Of a DNA stretch of 40,000 bases, positions 28,718 to 38,306 are shown one piece after another. How positions within the stretch are numbered: position 1 is the first letter of the stretch; each line of letters starts with the position of its first letter. The notes under the pieces are model-generated. The model was not told the DNA's origin, searched no databases, and was given only the letters and a program-made list of their open reading frames with translations. Source of the DNA: Caldivirga sp. MU80 (GTDB lineage: Archaea; Thermoproteota; Thermoprotei; Thermoproteales; Thermocladiaceae); contig NZ_LCTF01000006.1 of NCBI RefSeq assembly GCF_001663375.1, forward strand, positions 12,379 to 52,378, in the 5' to 3' direction. A program made the translations under genes and the position numbers.

Positions 28718-28832
28718 ACCCACAGTTGGCCGAGATCCCCCCCAGCGACGGGTAAGAAGCCAACCGCGGTGAGGAGACAGGGAGATCGTTGGGATAGGTG
28801 GTTTGTTACCGCTACCTGCTGAGAAGCGGTAA
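28718..28832 (+). other. GC-rich structured island upstream of rnz (possible small RNA or regulatory element)
   Basis: GTTGGC (28725-28730) pairs with GCCAAC (28759-28764). CCAAC (28760-28764) can instead pair with GTTGG (28788-28792). There is an 8-bp hairpin at 28806-28813/28825-28832, and AGGTGG (28796-28801) pairs with CTACCT (28812-28817). Confidence 0.25.
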
Positions 28833-28864
28833 AAGTAGATAACTGGGTTAATTTAGGGCTGAAC

Positions 28865-29770
28865 GTGCTTAAGGTAACTATACTCGGGTCTGGTGGGGCA
28901 ATACCTAGGACCTGCAGGGAGTTGGTTAGCGCACTCATTGAGGTTGATAGGTATAGGATACTCATAGATCCGAGTGAGGGGGTTACGAGGAGGCTGGAGG
29001 CTATTGGCGTCAGTGCCCTCAGGTTAACGCATGTAATGGTAACCCACCTGCACGCTGACCACGTTAATGGGTTACCCGGATTACTTGCAACCATGCTCAT
29101 GCTCAGTAGGGTTACTCCATTAACCATAATAGGCCCCGTGGGCATCAGTGACCTAGTCCCCGCATCCGTTAACTCTTCATTCAAGGTTAACTTAATTGAA
29201 CTTAAGCCCACCGACAAGGTTACTTTAATTGACGCCGCCGATAACGTTGAGCTTAGGTACGTGACCACTAGGCACACGATCCAGAATAACTCATACCTTG
29301 TTACCTTAAAGAGGCCAGTGGGTAGGTTTAACCCTGTTAAGGCTAGGGAACTTGGGGTGCCTGTGGCCTACTGGAGGAGGATACAGATGGGTGAAACTGT
29401 GAAGCTGCCTGATGGTAGGGTTATTGAACCGTCAATGATAATGGATGATATCGGGGCCAAGTCGCTCTCCGTGGCGTATACTGGTGACACGGCACCGAGC
29501 GGCAGCCTAGTGGATCTGGCTAGGGGGTCAACTATACTGATCCACGATTCATCATACCTGCCCAGTGATGTGAATGAGGCTAGGAGCCGGGGCCACTCAA
29601 CATGCGTAGACGCCGCCTTGGATGCCAGGGAGGCTGGGGTTGGGTTACTGGTACTCACCCACATCAGTTACAGGTATGGTTGCGAATACCACTGGGACTT
29701 CCTCAAGTGCGCCGCCTCAATATTCCCACGCACACTTGTCGCCAGTGATGGCCTAGTCATCAGCGTTTAA
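28865..29770 (+). CDS. rnz: Ribonuclease Z (tRNA 3' endonuclease, metallo-beta-lactamase fold)
   Basis: 301 aa. ILGSGGAIP and THLHADHVNGLPGLL (HxHxDH). GTG start. Confidence 0.85.
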   Translation: MLKVTILGSGGAIPRTCRELVSALIEVDRYRILIDPSEGVTRRLEAIGVSALRLTHVMVTHLHADHVNGLPGLLATMLMLSRVTPLTIIGPVGISDLVPASVNSSFKVNLIELKPTDKVTLIDAADNVELRYVTTRHTIQNNSYLVTLKRPVGRFNPVKARELGVPVAYWRRIQMGETVKLPDGRVIEPSMIMDDIGAKSLSVAYTGDTAPSGSLVDLARGSTILIHDSSYLPSDVNEARSRGHSTCVDAALDAREAGVGLLVLTHISYRYGCEYHWDFLKCAASIFPRTLVASDGLVISV

Positions 29771-31468
29771 CTACCTTAACCCGGCGAACAACTCCCTAAT
29801 CGCCCTAACAGCGAGTTTCGGTCTTCTATCCCTCGTGAACACGCCCTTAGTGTTCAGTATAACCCTGTAGACTCTTTGTGGGGTTCTGAAGTCTGCGTAG
29901 TTCCATATGTGCAACCCCCTCACGTAAGGTCTCTTACTCAACTCCTCAATGTACCTCCTTATGAATAATTCCTGGTACTCCTCACTCCACGCCACCGGTG
30001 GGTCGTGGTGAAGCCCTGGGTAACCCTCAGCACCGAACTCAGTTATTATGATTGGCCTATCAGGGTACCTCGCATGCACCTCATCAACCAGCTTAGTAAC
30101 CCTAGCAACACCAGCCTCAATGTCACCAGTCTCACTGTACCAGCCGAAGTAGGTGTTTAGGGCTATTGCATCACCAAGGCCAAGGGCCTTATCCTCAAGG
30201 TGCCTATGCGACGTGTATATGACGGGCCTGGTTGGATCAATGGACTTAACGTGACTAATCAACTCACCTAGGAAAACCCTAGCCTCATCCACTATGCTGT
30301 TTGGCTCATTGGCGACACTATACATGACTACTGAGGGCCTATTCCTATGCTGCCTAACCATCTCACTAATAACAGCCTTGGCCTTAGCCAGGTAAGCCTG
30401 GTCCTTAAAGTGCTGCTCCCTCAAACCAACCAGCGGCGCCTCTAGGATGACTAGGATTCCGAATTCATCGGCAAGGTCAAGGTGTTGGTTTGAGTATGGG
30501 TAGTGGCTTGTCCTGAATGAGTTTGCGTTAATCCCCTTAAGCTCATGGAAATCCCTAACAAGCACTGGGCCAGGTAGGCTGCGGCCGAAGATTGGGAAGT
30601 CCTCATGCCTACCGAACCCCTTCAGGAAGATGGATTCACCGTTTAGGTAGAAGCCACTTGGCCTAACCTCAAATGTCCTGAAGCCAACCCTCTCCATGAC
30701 CTCATCATGCTCCTCACCATTAATCAGCAGCTTAACGGCAAGCCTATAGAGGACCGGGTGCTCAATTGACCAAGGCTCAACCTTAACCCTATCCTCAACT
30801 GCCACAAGCCCCCTAGACTCAACAACCCTACTGTAAACCGTTGAGCCCCCTGAGTCAATAAGCTCAAGGGCTATGTTATGGGTCTTACCGCAATTCGACT
30901 CAACCTCAACCTTAAGGTAACCATCATGCCTAGTGGTCACGAATAAATCACTGATGAAGCATTCACGGGTAAACTCAAGGTAAACAGGCCTATGAATACC
31001 ACCATAGTGGTAGAAGTCGAAGTACGTTGAAATCATACCCTCACCAGGTGGTATTGAATCTGGTTTAAGGGTGTTGTCAACCTTAACCACAACCCTATTC
31101 CAATCACCAAACCTAACACCATTAACCCTAAGCCTAAACTGGGTAAAGGAACCCTCATGACCACCTATGGACAAGCCATTAAACCAAACCCTAGTTAAAT
31201 AACCGGCACCCTCAAAGACAAGCCAAGCCGTTAAACCACTAAACTCCCTCGGGATGTGGAAGTCATACTGGTACCAGGCAACACCACCGTAACCATCCCA
31301 ATCAGGATTCTGCTCATTCCAGGAGGCTGGGACGTAAATCAAGTCACCGTCGAAACCCCTAAACCAACCACTAGACTCACCAACATCCCCAGGATCCGGT
31401 TTAAAACGCCAGAAGCCACTCAACTCAACCCTAGGCCTAACACCAACAACCATAGTAAACCAGGGCAA
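29771..31468 (-). CDS. Glycoside hydrolase family 2 enzyme (beta-glucuronidase-like)
   Basis: 565 aa. Acid/base context YSVANEPNS and nucleophile context IIITEFGAEG. The true start may be the second Met (MVVGVRPRVELSGFWRF). Confidence 0.85.
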   Translation of the reverse strand: MPWFTMVVGVRPRVELSGFWRFKPDPGDVGESSGWFRGFDGDLIYVPASWNEQNPDWDGYGGVAWYQYDFHIPREFSGLTAWLVFEGAGYLTRVWFNGLSIGGHEGSFTQFRLRVNGVRFGDWNRVVVKVDNTLKPDSIPPGEGMISTYFDFYHYGGIHRPVYLEFTRECFISDLFVTTRHDGYLKVEVESNCGKTHNIALELIDSGGSTVYSRVVESRGLVAVEDRVKVEPWSIEHPVLYRLAVKLLINGEEHDEVMERVGFRTFEVRPSGFYLNGESIFLKGFGRHEDFPIFGRSLPGPVLVRDFHELKGINANSFRTSHYPYSNQHLDLADEFGILVILEAPLVGLREQHFKDQAYLAKAKAVISEMVRQHRNRPSVVMYSVANEPNSIVDEARVFLGELISHVKSIDPTRPVIYTSHRHLEDKALGLGDAIALNTYFGWYSETGDIEAGVARVTKLVDEVHARYPDRPIIITEFGAEGYPGLHHDPPVAWSEEYQELFIRRYIEELSKRPYVRGLHIWNYADFRTPQRVYRVILNTKGVFTRDRRPKLAVRAIRELFAGLR

Positions 31469-31547
31469 AACAACCTTTAAAGCATTAACCAGGGGTGAGG
31501 AAGGGAAAACAAGGCTTTTAAGATTAAGGACTCTAGGAGTTAAGCCG

Positions 31548-33911
31548 TCACCTCCTTCTTAAGGCTAATACAGCCGCAATAGCGGCAACAACAATAACAA
31601 CCACGACAATGGCAACCACCACGCTAGTTGAAACCACAGGCTTCGTTACAGTAACAGTAGTTACCGCTGTTGTTGTTGCTACTGATGTGCTTGTTACGGT
31701 ACTGGTCACAGTAGCCGTTGATGTGACTGTTGATACTGCCGTAGTGGTTACTGCAGTAGTCGTAGTGGTTGTAGTTGTAGTCGTTGTGGTTGTTGTTACT
31801 GGTGTGTATGGTATGTGGAAGTATGATGCTACGCAAGCCTGCACGTTGGTGTCTGGTGTTGGTAGGCCTATGAATGCCGCTAGCTGCGGGTACTTTGTCC
31901 ATAGTGTGCCGTTTGCAATGACCTGAGCCATTGTTGGTACCTGGCCTGGTGGTGCCCATGCACCAAAGAATAAACCAGCCAACACAGTGTTAGGCCAGCC
32001 AAATGGCATACCGGACAGTGTATTCTCGTATATTAAGGTTTCCAACGTGTAGAATGGTAGGCACTGGTAAGCCCAAAGCGGATCCATAAGGCTCTTAGCA
32101 TACTCGAGAGGCTCAATCTTCTCACCAAGTGGTATTATCGGTATGTAGTAGCCGTACCAACCGAAGATAGTCTTAACCATCTCATCGTAGAACGGTGTAC
32201 CGGGGGCAGCCGCACCAAAGGCAATCTGCCAATTAGTCAAGTTAATGTAGCCGAATGTCGAGTTAACACACCAAACAATGGTACTGTTGGGCAAGTTCAG
32301 TGATGAGGGTGCTGTTACTGGTGTGCAGGTTCCATTAGGCCAGGCGAATGGGAAGACGCTGTGGTTAGTGTATGGCTGAATGGCAACACCAAAGACCCAC
32401 CAAGGCCAATTCAGGAACGTCCACGCACTATCAAGACTCTTAATGTATGTGACCCACGATATTGCAGCCGGGTACTGACTCTGAGGTATCGTGGTACCCC
32501 AGTAAACACCCACATCCTGTCCGATTAACTTTGCGTTGACGCCAAAGGCTTGCATCTGCTCCACGGCGTCACTGGCCATCGTCATCCAGTCAGTCCAACC
32601 ACTTGGGCCATAGACGTAGAGCGTTAACTGTGTTCCATTAGGCAGATACCAATACCCACCCTTCTTGTAGAAGCCCAGGCTTTGAAGCATCTGGGCAGCC
32701 TTACTTGGGTTGTATTCGCATGGTACTAAAACATCCTTGAAGCTTGGTGGGTATAGGTTAACCGTGTATGATAGGGCTGGTTCTGGGTAGTAGTCTGGGT
32801 AGTTTAAGCCCCATGCGGCAACAACCTCACTCCTATTAATCACATCACACAAAGCCTGCTTAAACTGTGGCAGGTTCCAAGGCCAACCCGACTGCGGATT
32901 TATAGCTATACCAAAGGCTGAGAAGTCAGGGCTCAGGTAAACACCAACAGTGCCAGTCTTGTTAAGTACAGCAACCTGCTGTAGTGATAAACCCACGAAA
33001 CCCCAATTAGCCTTACCGGATAGGAAGGCGCTCATGGCCTGGGTGTTACCACCAACATACCAGTCAATGGCTGTTGGGTTGTATAGGCTCCAAGTATTCA
33101 CTGGGAAAATCTCCAACCAACTGGCCAATAGCGGCACACCATTGTAGTACATCGGCTCGAGGGTATAGTCTATGTAGGTGGTGCTTATGTAGGATAGGTA
33201 GTATGGGTTAAGGCCCCAGTACGGTGCAACAAACTCAGTGACATTCGTCGAGTACTTAGCTGCCTGAGTAGCATTCATCGTCTTAAGCTTATCCACAATA
33301 GGCTTCCAAACCGGGTATGGTGTGCTTATCCAGCTTGGAAGCATCCAGTAGGGTATCATTGGGGTCCATTTCTGGAATAGGAACTGTATAGTCGTGTCGT
33401 TAAGGACCCTAATATCCTCATCAACGTAGGTTAGGTTGATCCAAGGCGTGTACCAGGCAAGGGACTTAATGCCTATGTAGAAGTATGCGTAAACATCCCA
33501 TGCAGTGAATGGTATCGTGGCTGAGCCGTTAAACCAGTATAGGTTTGGCCTGAGGTAAATGGTGAAAATACCGCTACCATTAGGTAAGGTCTGAACAGTC
33601 CAATTCTCAGCCAAAACGGGGTAGAATTGGCCGGTGAATGGGTTGTAGAGTGCAAGTGGTAGGTAAGTCATGACAGTGCCCACCAGGTTACTTGGAGCAT
33701 ACGGATTATACACAGGAGTACCAGGAGTGTAGATTATCGTAGTAGGGGCAGCAACAATAATCTGAGGCGGGGAGGCTGCATAGGTGACTAGGCTGGGTAC
33801 TACTAGGATTAGCGTAGCTACTACTGCAGCGGCCATTAGTAGATATGGGGTATACCTACCTATGGTAGACATAAAATGGTTATACTTAGTACCCTTATAA
33901 GTTTTATCCAT
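31548..33911 (-). CDS. ABC-transporter solute-binding protein (family-5-like, oligosaccharide/peptide type) with Thr-rich stalk and C-terminal membrane anchor
   Basis: 787 aa. N-terminal hydrophobic signal/anchor, large aromatic-rich ectodomain, poly-Thr/Ser/Val stalk, then VVVAIVVVVIVVAAIAAVLALRRR. Confidence 0.75.
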   Translation of the reverse strand: MDKTYKGTKYNHFMSTIGRYTPYLLMAAAVVATLILVVPSLVTYAASPPQIIVAAPTTIIYTPGTPVYNPYAPSNLVGTVMTYLPLALYNPFTGQFYPVLAENWTVQTLPNGSGIFTIYLRPNLYWFNGSATIPFTAWDVYAYFYIGIKSLAWYTPWINLTYVDEDIRVLNDTTIQFLFQKWTPMIPYWMLPSWISTPYPVWKPIVDKLKTMNATQAAKYSTNVTEFVAPYWGLNPYYLSYISTTYIDYTLEPMYYNGVPLLASWLEIFPVNTWSLYNPTAIDWYVGGNTQAMSAFLSGKANWGFVGLSLQQVAVLNKTGTVGVYLSPDFSAFGIAINPQSGWPWNLPQFKQALCDVINRSEVVAAWGLNYPDYYPEPALSYTVNLYPPSFKDVLVPCEYNPSKAAQMLQSLGFYKKGGYWYLPNGTQLTLYVYGPSGWTDWMTMASDAVEQMQAFGVNAKLIGQDVGVYWGTTIPQSQYPAAISWVTYIKSLDSAWTFLNWPWWVFGVAIQPYTNHSVFPFAWPNGTCTPVTAPSSLNLPNSTIVWCVNSTFGYINLTNWQIAFGAAAPGTPFYDEMVKTIFGWYGYYIPIIPLGEKIEPLEYAKSLMDPLWAYQCLPFYTLETLIYENTLSGMPFGWPNTVLAGLFFGAWAPPGQVPTMAQVIANGTLWTKYPQLAAFIGLPTPDTNVQACVASYFHIPYTPVTTTTTTTTTTTTTTAVTTTAVSTVTSTATVTSTVTSTSVATTTAVTTVTVTKPVVSTSVVVAIVVVVIVVAAIAAVLALRRR
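31620..31810 (-). repeat. Low-complexity ACN/GTN codon repeat encoding the Thr/Ser/Val stalk
   Basis: On the plus strand it reads as GTTGTAGTTGTAGTCGTTGTGGTTGTTGTT-type repeats. It generates the spurious track ORFs 31609..31926 and 31624..31959. Confidence 0.8.
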
Positions 33912-34225
33912 ATGATCAGTATTGATTGATCAATTATTTAAATGCCTTTTAAACCATATATATTTACTACTATAGTCTGTATTAATGAATTTGATGAACT
34001 TAGTCCCCCTTCAGGGATGAATCCCGTGTAATAGTGAATTAACCCTCTTGGGCTATTGGGGTTGTTGATGCGTAACTGGTTTAAACAATTGTTTACCGGT
34101 GAATTCAACAGCAAGGCACCTAAGGCCTGCTGAGATTGTTAACAGCGCCGTTAGACATGCCACTACATAGAGAATACTAAGCAATGTACCTTACAGGGCT
34201 TGTTAGCCAGTTAATGGTGAGGCGC

Positions 34226-35290
34226 CTATTGTTGAGACTTTAGTATATTGGCTAGGTTATTCACCAGTTCCTCGGCTATTGGTTCAGGTGGGACTGTTGC
34301 CCTTAGGCAATCCTCACACATTACCTTACCGCTTAGGTTCCTTAACACAAATCCCCGCTGGTACAGCTCTTCGTAGACCCTGTCCGTGTTGGGTGTGTGG
34401 AATGTTACGAAATTTGTGACTGTCCTCAGTGGTTTGAGGCCTATTTCAACCAACCTATTGGTTAGGTACTCCCTGGCCTTAACCATCCTCCTTATACTCT
34501 CCTCAACGTAATGCCTCAGCTGCAATGCCCTACTTAGCATGGCTATTGATGGGTAGGGTATATTGTGGGGTAGGGATATCCTCCTAAGCCCATCAATAAC
34601 CCTCTCACCGCCAACCACGTAACCAACCCTAAGCCCAGCCAGGCCCCAGGCCTTTGAGAATGTCCTAACCACAGCCACGTTATCGTAATGCCTAACAAGA
34701 TCCATTAAGGTCACATCAGCAAAGTCGGCGTAGGCCTCATCAATGATGATCAGTGAGTTCAGCCTAGACGCAACGTACTCCACGTCCGACTTGCTGAACA
34801 GGTTACCCGTTGGGTTGTTGGGGTTGCATAGGTAAACCACGTCAACATCACCCCCGCTCTTAACCACGGCCTCAGGGTCCAGTTGGTAATCCTGCCTTAG
34901 CAAAGTCTCCCTAACCTCAATATTCATCGACTCCGCTAAGGCCCTGGGCATTGAGTAGGTTGGCTCAACAACCAGTATCCTCCTACCGCCGTGTAGGGCC
35001 ATCTGTATGAGGAGCCTAATACCCTCATCACCACCGGCCGTGGCGAACACACTGGCCTCATCAACCCCAAGGTGCCTAGCTATCAATCCGTTCAGCGTTG
35101 GGTTGAGAGGCTCAGTGTAGTACCTAACCAGGTCTGGGTCCATGGCAACTCTGAGGATTTCCTCATAGTACTCCCTGGGCAGGAAGAGGTTCTCATTGAA
35201 GTGCAGCCTATACTTGCTGTAACCCACGTTGGGCTCCTCGTAGAACTCAACGTTAAGCACCCTTAGCCACGAGGCCCCCTCACCACGCAC
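34226..35290 (-). CDS. hisC: Histidinol-phosphate aminotransferase
   Basis: 354 aa. PLP-lysine motif TFSKAWGLAGLRVGY. Confidence 0.85.
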   Translation of the reverse strand: MRGEGASWLRVLNVEFYEEPNVGYSKYRLHFNENLFLPREYYEEILRVAMDPDLVRYYTEPLNPTLNGLIARHLGVDEASVFATAGGDEGIRLLIQMALHGGRRILVVEPTYSMPRALAESMNIEVRETLLRQDYQLDPEAVVKSGGDVDVVYLCNPNNPTGNLFSKSDVEYVASRLNSLIIIDEAYADFADVTLMDLVRHYDNVAVVRTFSKAWGLAGLRVGYVVGGERVIDGLRRISLPHNIPYPSIAMLSRALQLRHYVEESIRRMVKAREYLTNRLVEIGLKPLRTVTNFVTFHTPNTDRVYEELYQRGFVLRNLSGKVMCEDCLRATVPPEPIAEELVNNLANILKSQQ

Positions 35291-35361
35291 CCTGGCTCTT
35301 CGACTGAGCCTAAATAAGCCTTACGTGAGGCCATATGTTACAATAATTATTATTAAGGGGC

Positions 35362-36591
35362 GTGTTAAGGGCCTCTGTGAGGGTTAGGAGGAGTGAGCTG
35401 GTAGGCCAACTGGCTAGGATGAGCAGCATAGATCAGTATATTGACAGGGTTAGGGGCATTGTTAATGAGGTTAGGGATCATGGTGATGAGGCCCTGGTTA
35501 GGTTGACTAGGGAGTTTGATAAGGTTGAGTTGAGGGGCGTTGAACTAAGTGGAGATGAGCTCAGTAGGTTGGCGGGCCAAGTAGACCCCAGGGTTAAGGA
35601 TGCCCTCGAGGAGTCCATTAGGTCCGTTGAGGCGCTTAACGGCAGGATTAAGCCACCTGACGTGGAGGACTACTACATGGGGTTGAGGAGGGTTGTGAGG
35701 TGGGTTCCGGTGAGGAGGATTGGCGTATATGTGCCTAAGGGCTACTTCTCAACACTCGTGATGACCGGGGTTTTGGCTAGGGTTGCCGGTGTCGAGGAGG
35801 TCATAGTAGCCACACCACCCAAGCCCGATGGCTCAGTGGACCCTGAATTAGCCTACCTGGCCCTCAGGATTAACGTGAGGGTGTTTAGGGTTGGTGGGGC
35901 ACAGGCAATAGCGGCAATGGCCTTTGGAACGGAGTCTGTGCCTAGGGTTGATAAGGTGGTGGGGCCTGGTAACATATACGTCCAGGCCGCTAAGGTCCTG
36001 GTGTCAGGCCACGTGGGTATTGACGGAGTCGAGGGGCCAACGGAACTGGTCACCTGCGCTGACCCCTCCATCAAACCTGGTTTAGTGGCCGCCGACCTAG
36101 CAGCCCAACTTGAGCATTCAGGAGCCGTTGGTGTCCTAGTTACCTGGAGTGAGGATTACCTAAGCAGGGTTGAGACTGAGTTAGGCAAGTTAACCAACGC
36201 CCCATACCTATCAACACTGGTTAATGAACCCAGGGAGTGCGTGGATGTGATCAACGAGATCTCCCCCGAGCACGCATCAATATGGGGGAGCAACGTGCCC
36301 ATTGGGGAAATTAGGAATGCGGGCGCCGTCTCCCACCTGGCACCCTCAGCGCTAGTGGACTACGTAGCGGGCCCAAGCCACGTACTACCCACCAGCGGCT
36401 CAGCCAGGTGGAGGGGTGTCTTAACGCCCATTGACTTCATGAAGCCGATAGCCTACGTAACACCAGTGAACAGTAACGCAGCAGTTAAGCTAGGCGAACA
36501 GGCGGTGGTGATTGGGTTAAGGGAGGGTTTCAGGAGGCATGCGGATTCAATAATCAGGTGGATTAGCGAACAGACACCCAGCAACGCTTAA
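35362..36591 (+). CDS. hisD: Histidinol dehydrogenase
   Basis: 409 aa. GPGNIYVQAAK and DYVAGPSHVLPT motifs. The true start may be the internal Met (MSSIDQY, about 35419). Confidence 0.9.
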   Translation: MLRASVRVRRSELVGQLARMSSIDQYIDRVRGIVNEVRDHGDEALVRLTREFDKVELRGVELSGDELSRLAGQVDPRVKDALEESIRSVEALNGRIKPPDVEDYYMGLRRVVRWVPVRRIGVYVPKGYFSTLVMTGVLARVAGVEEVIVATPPKPDGSVDPELAYLALRINVRVFRVGGAQAIAAMAFGTESVPRVDKVVGPGNIYVQAAKVLVSGHVGIDGVEGPTELVTCADPSIKPGLVAADLAAQLEHSGAVGVLVTWSEDYLSRVETELGKLTNAPYLSTLVNEPRECVDVINEISPEHASIWGSNVPIGEIRNAGAVSHLAPSALVDYVAGPSHVLPTSGSARWRGVLTPIDFMKPIAYVTPVNSNAAVKLGEQAVVIGLREGFRRHADSIIRWISEQTPSNA

Positions 36592-36926
36592 TGAACCCTA
36601 AAGCATATATTGGCACTGCTAATGGGGGTTGGGTGGATGAGTGTCAATTCCTCAACACACTTGAGAATGTGATAGACGAGAGGATTGCCTCTAAGAGGCA
36701 GGGTAGCTACACGTACAGCCTCTACACCGGTGGGGTTAGCTTAATTAGCAAGAAGGTTGGGGAGGAGGCCGTTGAGGTTGCCGTGGCCGCCATGGCTGGG
36801 GATAGGGATTGGGTGATCAGGGAGTCGGCCGACTTAATTTACCACCTATTGGTGCTGCTTAGGGCTATGGGGCTAAGTTTAAGTGATGTGTGCAGGGAAT
36901 TGAGGAGGAGGCATGAGGGTGGTTGA
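36591..36926 (+). CDS. hisE: Phosphoribosyl-ATP pyrophosphatase
   Basis: 111 aa. KKVGEEAVEVAVAA...ESADLIYHLLVLL. The start overlaps the hisD stop. Confidence 0.85.
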   Translation: MNPKAYIGTANGGWVDECQFLNTLENVIDERIASKRQGSYTYSLYTGGVSLISKKVGEEAVEVAVAAMAGDRDWVIRESADLIYHLLVLLRAMGLSLSDVCRELRRRHEGG

Positions 36927-37537
36927 ACATGGTTAAGCTGGGGGTTGTTGATTACAGGGTTGGGAACGTGGGAAGCGTCTTCAATGCACTACGCAGGGTC
37001 AACGCAGACCCCCACCTAATCAAGGATATTAACGATTTAAGCAACGTGGACGCCATCATACTGCCGGGCGTCGGGTCATTCAACGCCGCTGTCGTTAACC
37101 TGGTTAACAGCGGCATAGCCGAAGAACTGAATAGGTTTAGGGGTTCCGTGCCGATACTGGGCATATGCCTAGGCCTACAGTTAATGTTTAGGGGCAGTGA
37201 TGAGGGTAAGCTAAGTGGTTTGGGTTGGTATGGTGAATGGGTTAGGAGGATTAATGGGCCAAGGGTACCCCACATAGGCTGGGGCTACGTTAAGGTGAAT
37301 GGGGAATGCGGCCTAGCCCCCACGCAGGGCTACTACTACTTCATGCACAGCTACGCCGTAGCAAACCCAACCCCAAGCAAACCCTACATAGGCATAACCA
37401 AATACGGAAACTCAACAATACTAAGCATACTGTGTGATGACAACAAATTAACCTACGGTACGCAATTCCACCCTGAAAAGAGCAGTAAACTGGGCTTAAG
37501 CATACTGAGGAGCTTCATAAGCATCACTAAGCGTTAA
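36923..37537 (+). CDS. hisH: Imidazole glycerol phosphate synthase, glutaminase subunit
   Basis: 204 aa. Nucleophile elbow ILGICLGLQLM and QFHPEKS. 4-nt overlap with hisE. Confidence 0.9.
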   Translation: MNMVKLGVVDYRVGNVGSVFNALRRVNADPHLIKDINDLSNVDAIILPGVGSFNAAVVNLVNSGIAEELNRFRGSVPILGICLGLQLMFRGSDEGKLSGLGWYGEWVRRINGPRVPHIGWGYVKVNGECGLAPTQGYYYFMHSYAVANPTPSKPYIGITKYGNSTILSILCDDNKLTYGTQFHPEKSSKLGLSILRSFISITKR

Positions 37538-37892
37538 AACCATATCCGAAGATAAATAAAATTTATTACAGCACGCCCTACGCTTAATAAAGAGTGTTAG
37601 TGATGAGTAGTTGAGGGAGCTTCCGATGTGTTAAGTAGTTTCTATTTTATCCAGTCAGTGATTTAACGGTAAAGAGGGCTATAATATCGAGGGACCTATT
37701 CCCAATAACGGGGTTAACCGATGGAATCGCATTTGCGTTCATGAGTGAGTGCGGTGAATTGCGCTTAATATAATAAGGACATAGGCTGTGGAGGGGATGG
37801 TGAGGGCTTCGGTTAAGGAGGATTACATAATATTCATGGGCGCCTGATCATAAATTAATTAAAGTTATAAAGCCCTGGACCTGCGTAATTCA

Positions 37893-38306
37893 ATGCTCCC
37901 TGATGGTATTAAGGTCATGAGGCTCAGTATTGAGGATGCGCTTAAGGTTGCCGAGTCACTGTGGTATAGGCATACGGATAACACGGTTATAGCTGTTGCC
38001 CAGGATTGGCAGAGTAAGGACGTATTAATGGTGGCTAGTATGAATAAGGATGCTGTTGTGAAGACACTGACAACCGGCATGGTTCACTACTGGTCACTCA
38101 GCCGTAAGAGGTTGTGGCTTAAGGGTGAGACGAGTGGTCACTATCAATACTTAGTTGATTTCAGAGTTGATTGCGATGGTGATGCGCTTTTACTCAAGGT
38201 TTACCAGATTGGTAATGCCTGCCATTTAGGCACCAGGTCCTGCTTTGACGCGAGGTATGTGAATAAGATTAGGCTAGACACGAATCTTAATACAGGCGAA
38301 CCTTGA
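37893..38306 (+). CDS. hisI: Phosphoribosyl-AMP cyclohydrolase
   Basis: 137 aa. LWLKGETSGHYQ and VDCDGDALLLKV. Confidence 0.85.
   Translation: MLPDGIKVMRLSIEDALKVAESLWYRHTDNTVIAVAQDWQSKDVLMVASMNKDAVVKTLTTGMVHYWSLSRKRLWLKGETSGHYQYLVDFRVDCDGDALLLKVYQIGNACHLGTRSCFDARYVNKIRLDTNLNTGEP

Noticed and set aside
31609-31959. Two overlapping ORFs of about 105-111 aa on opposite strands (31609..31926 and 31624..31959).
   Set aside because: They are generated by the ACN/GTN low-complexity repeat that encodes the Thr-rich stalk of the binding protein. Their translations are poly-Val/Thr or Asn/His-rich nonsense.
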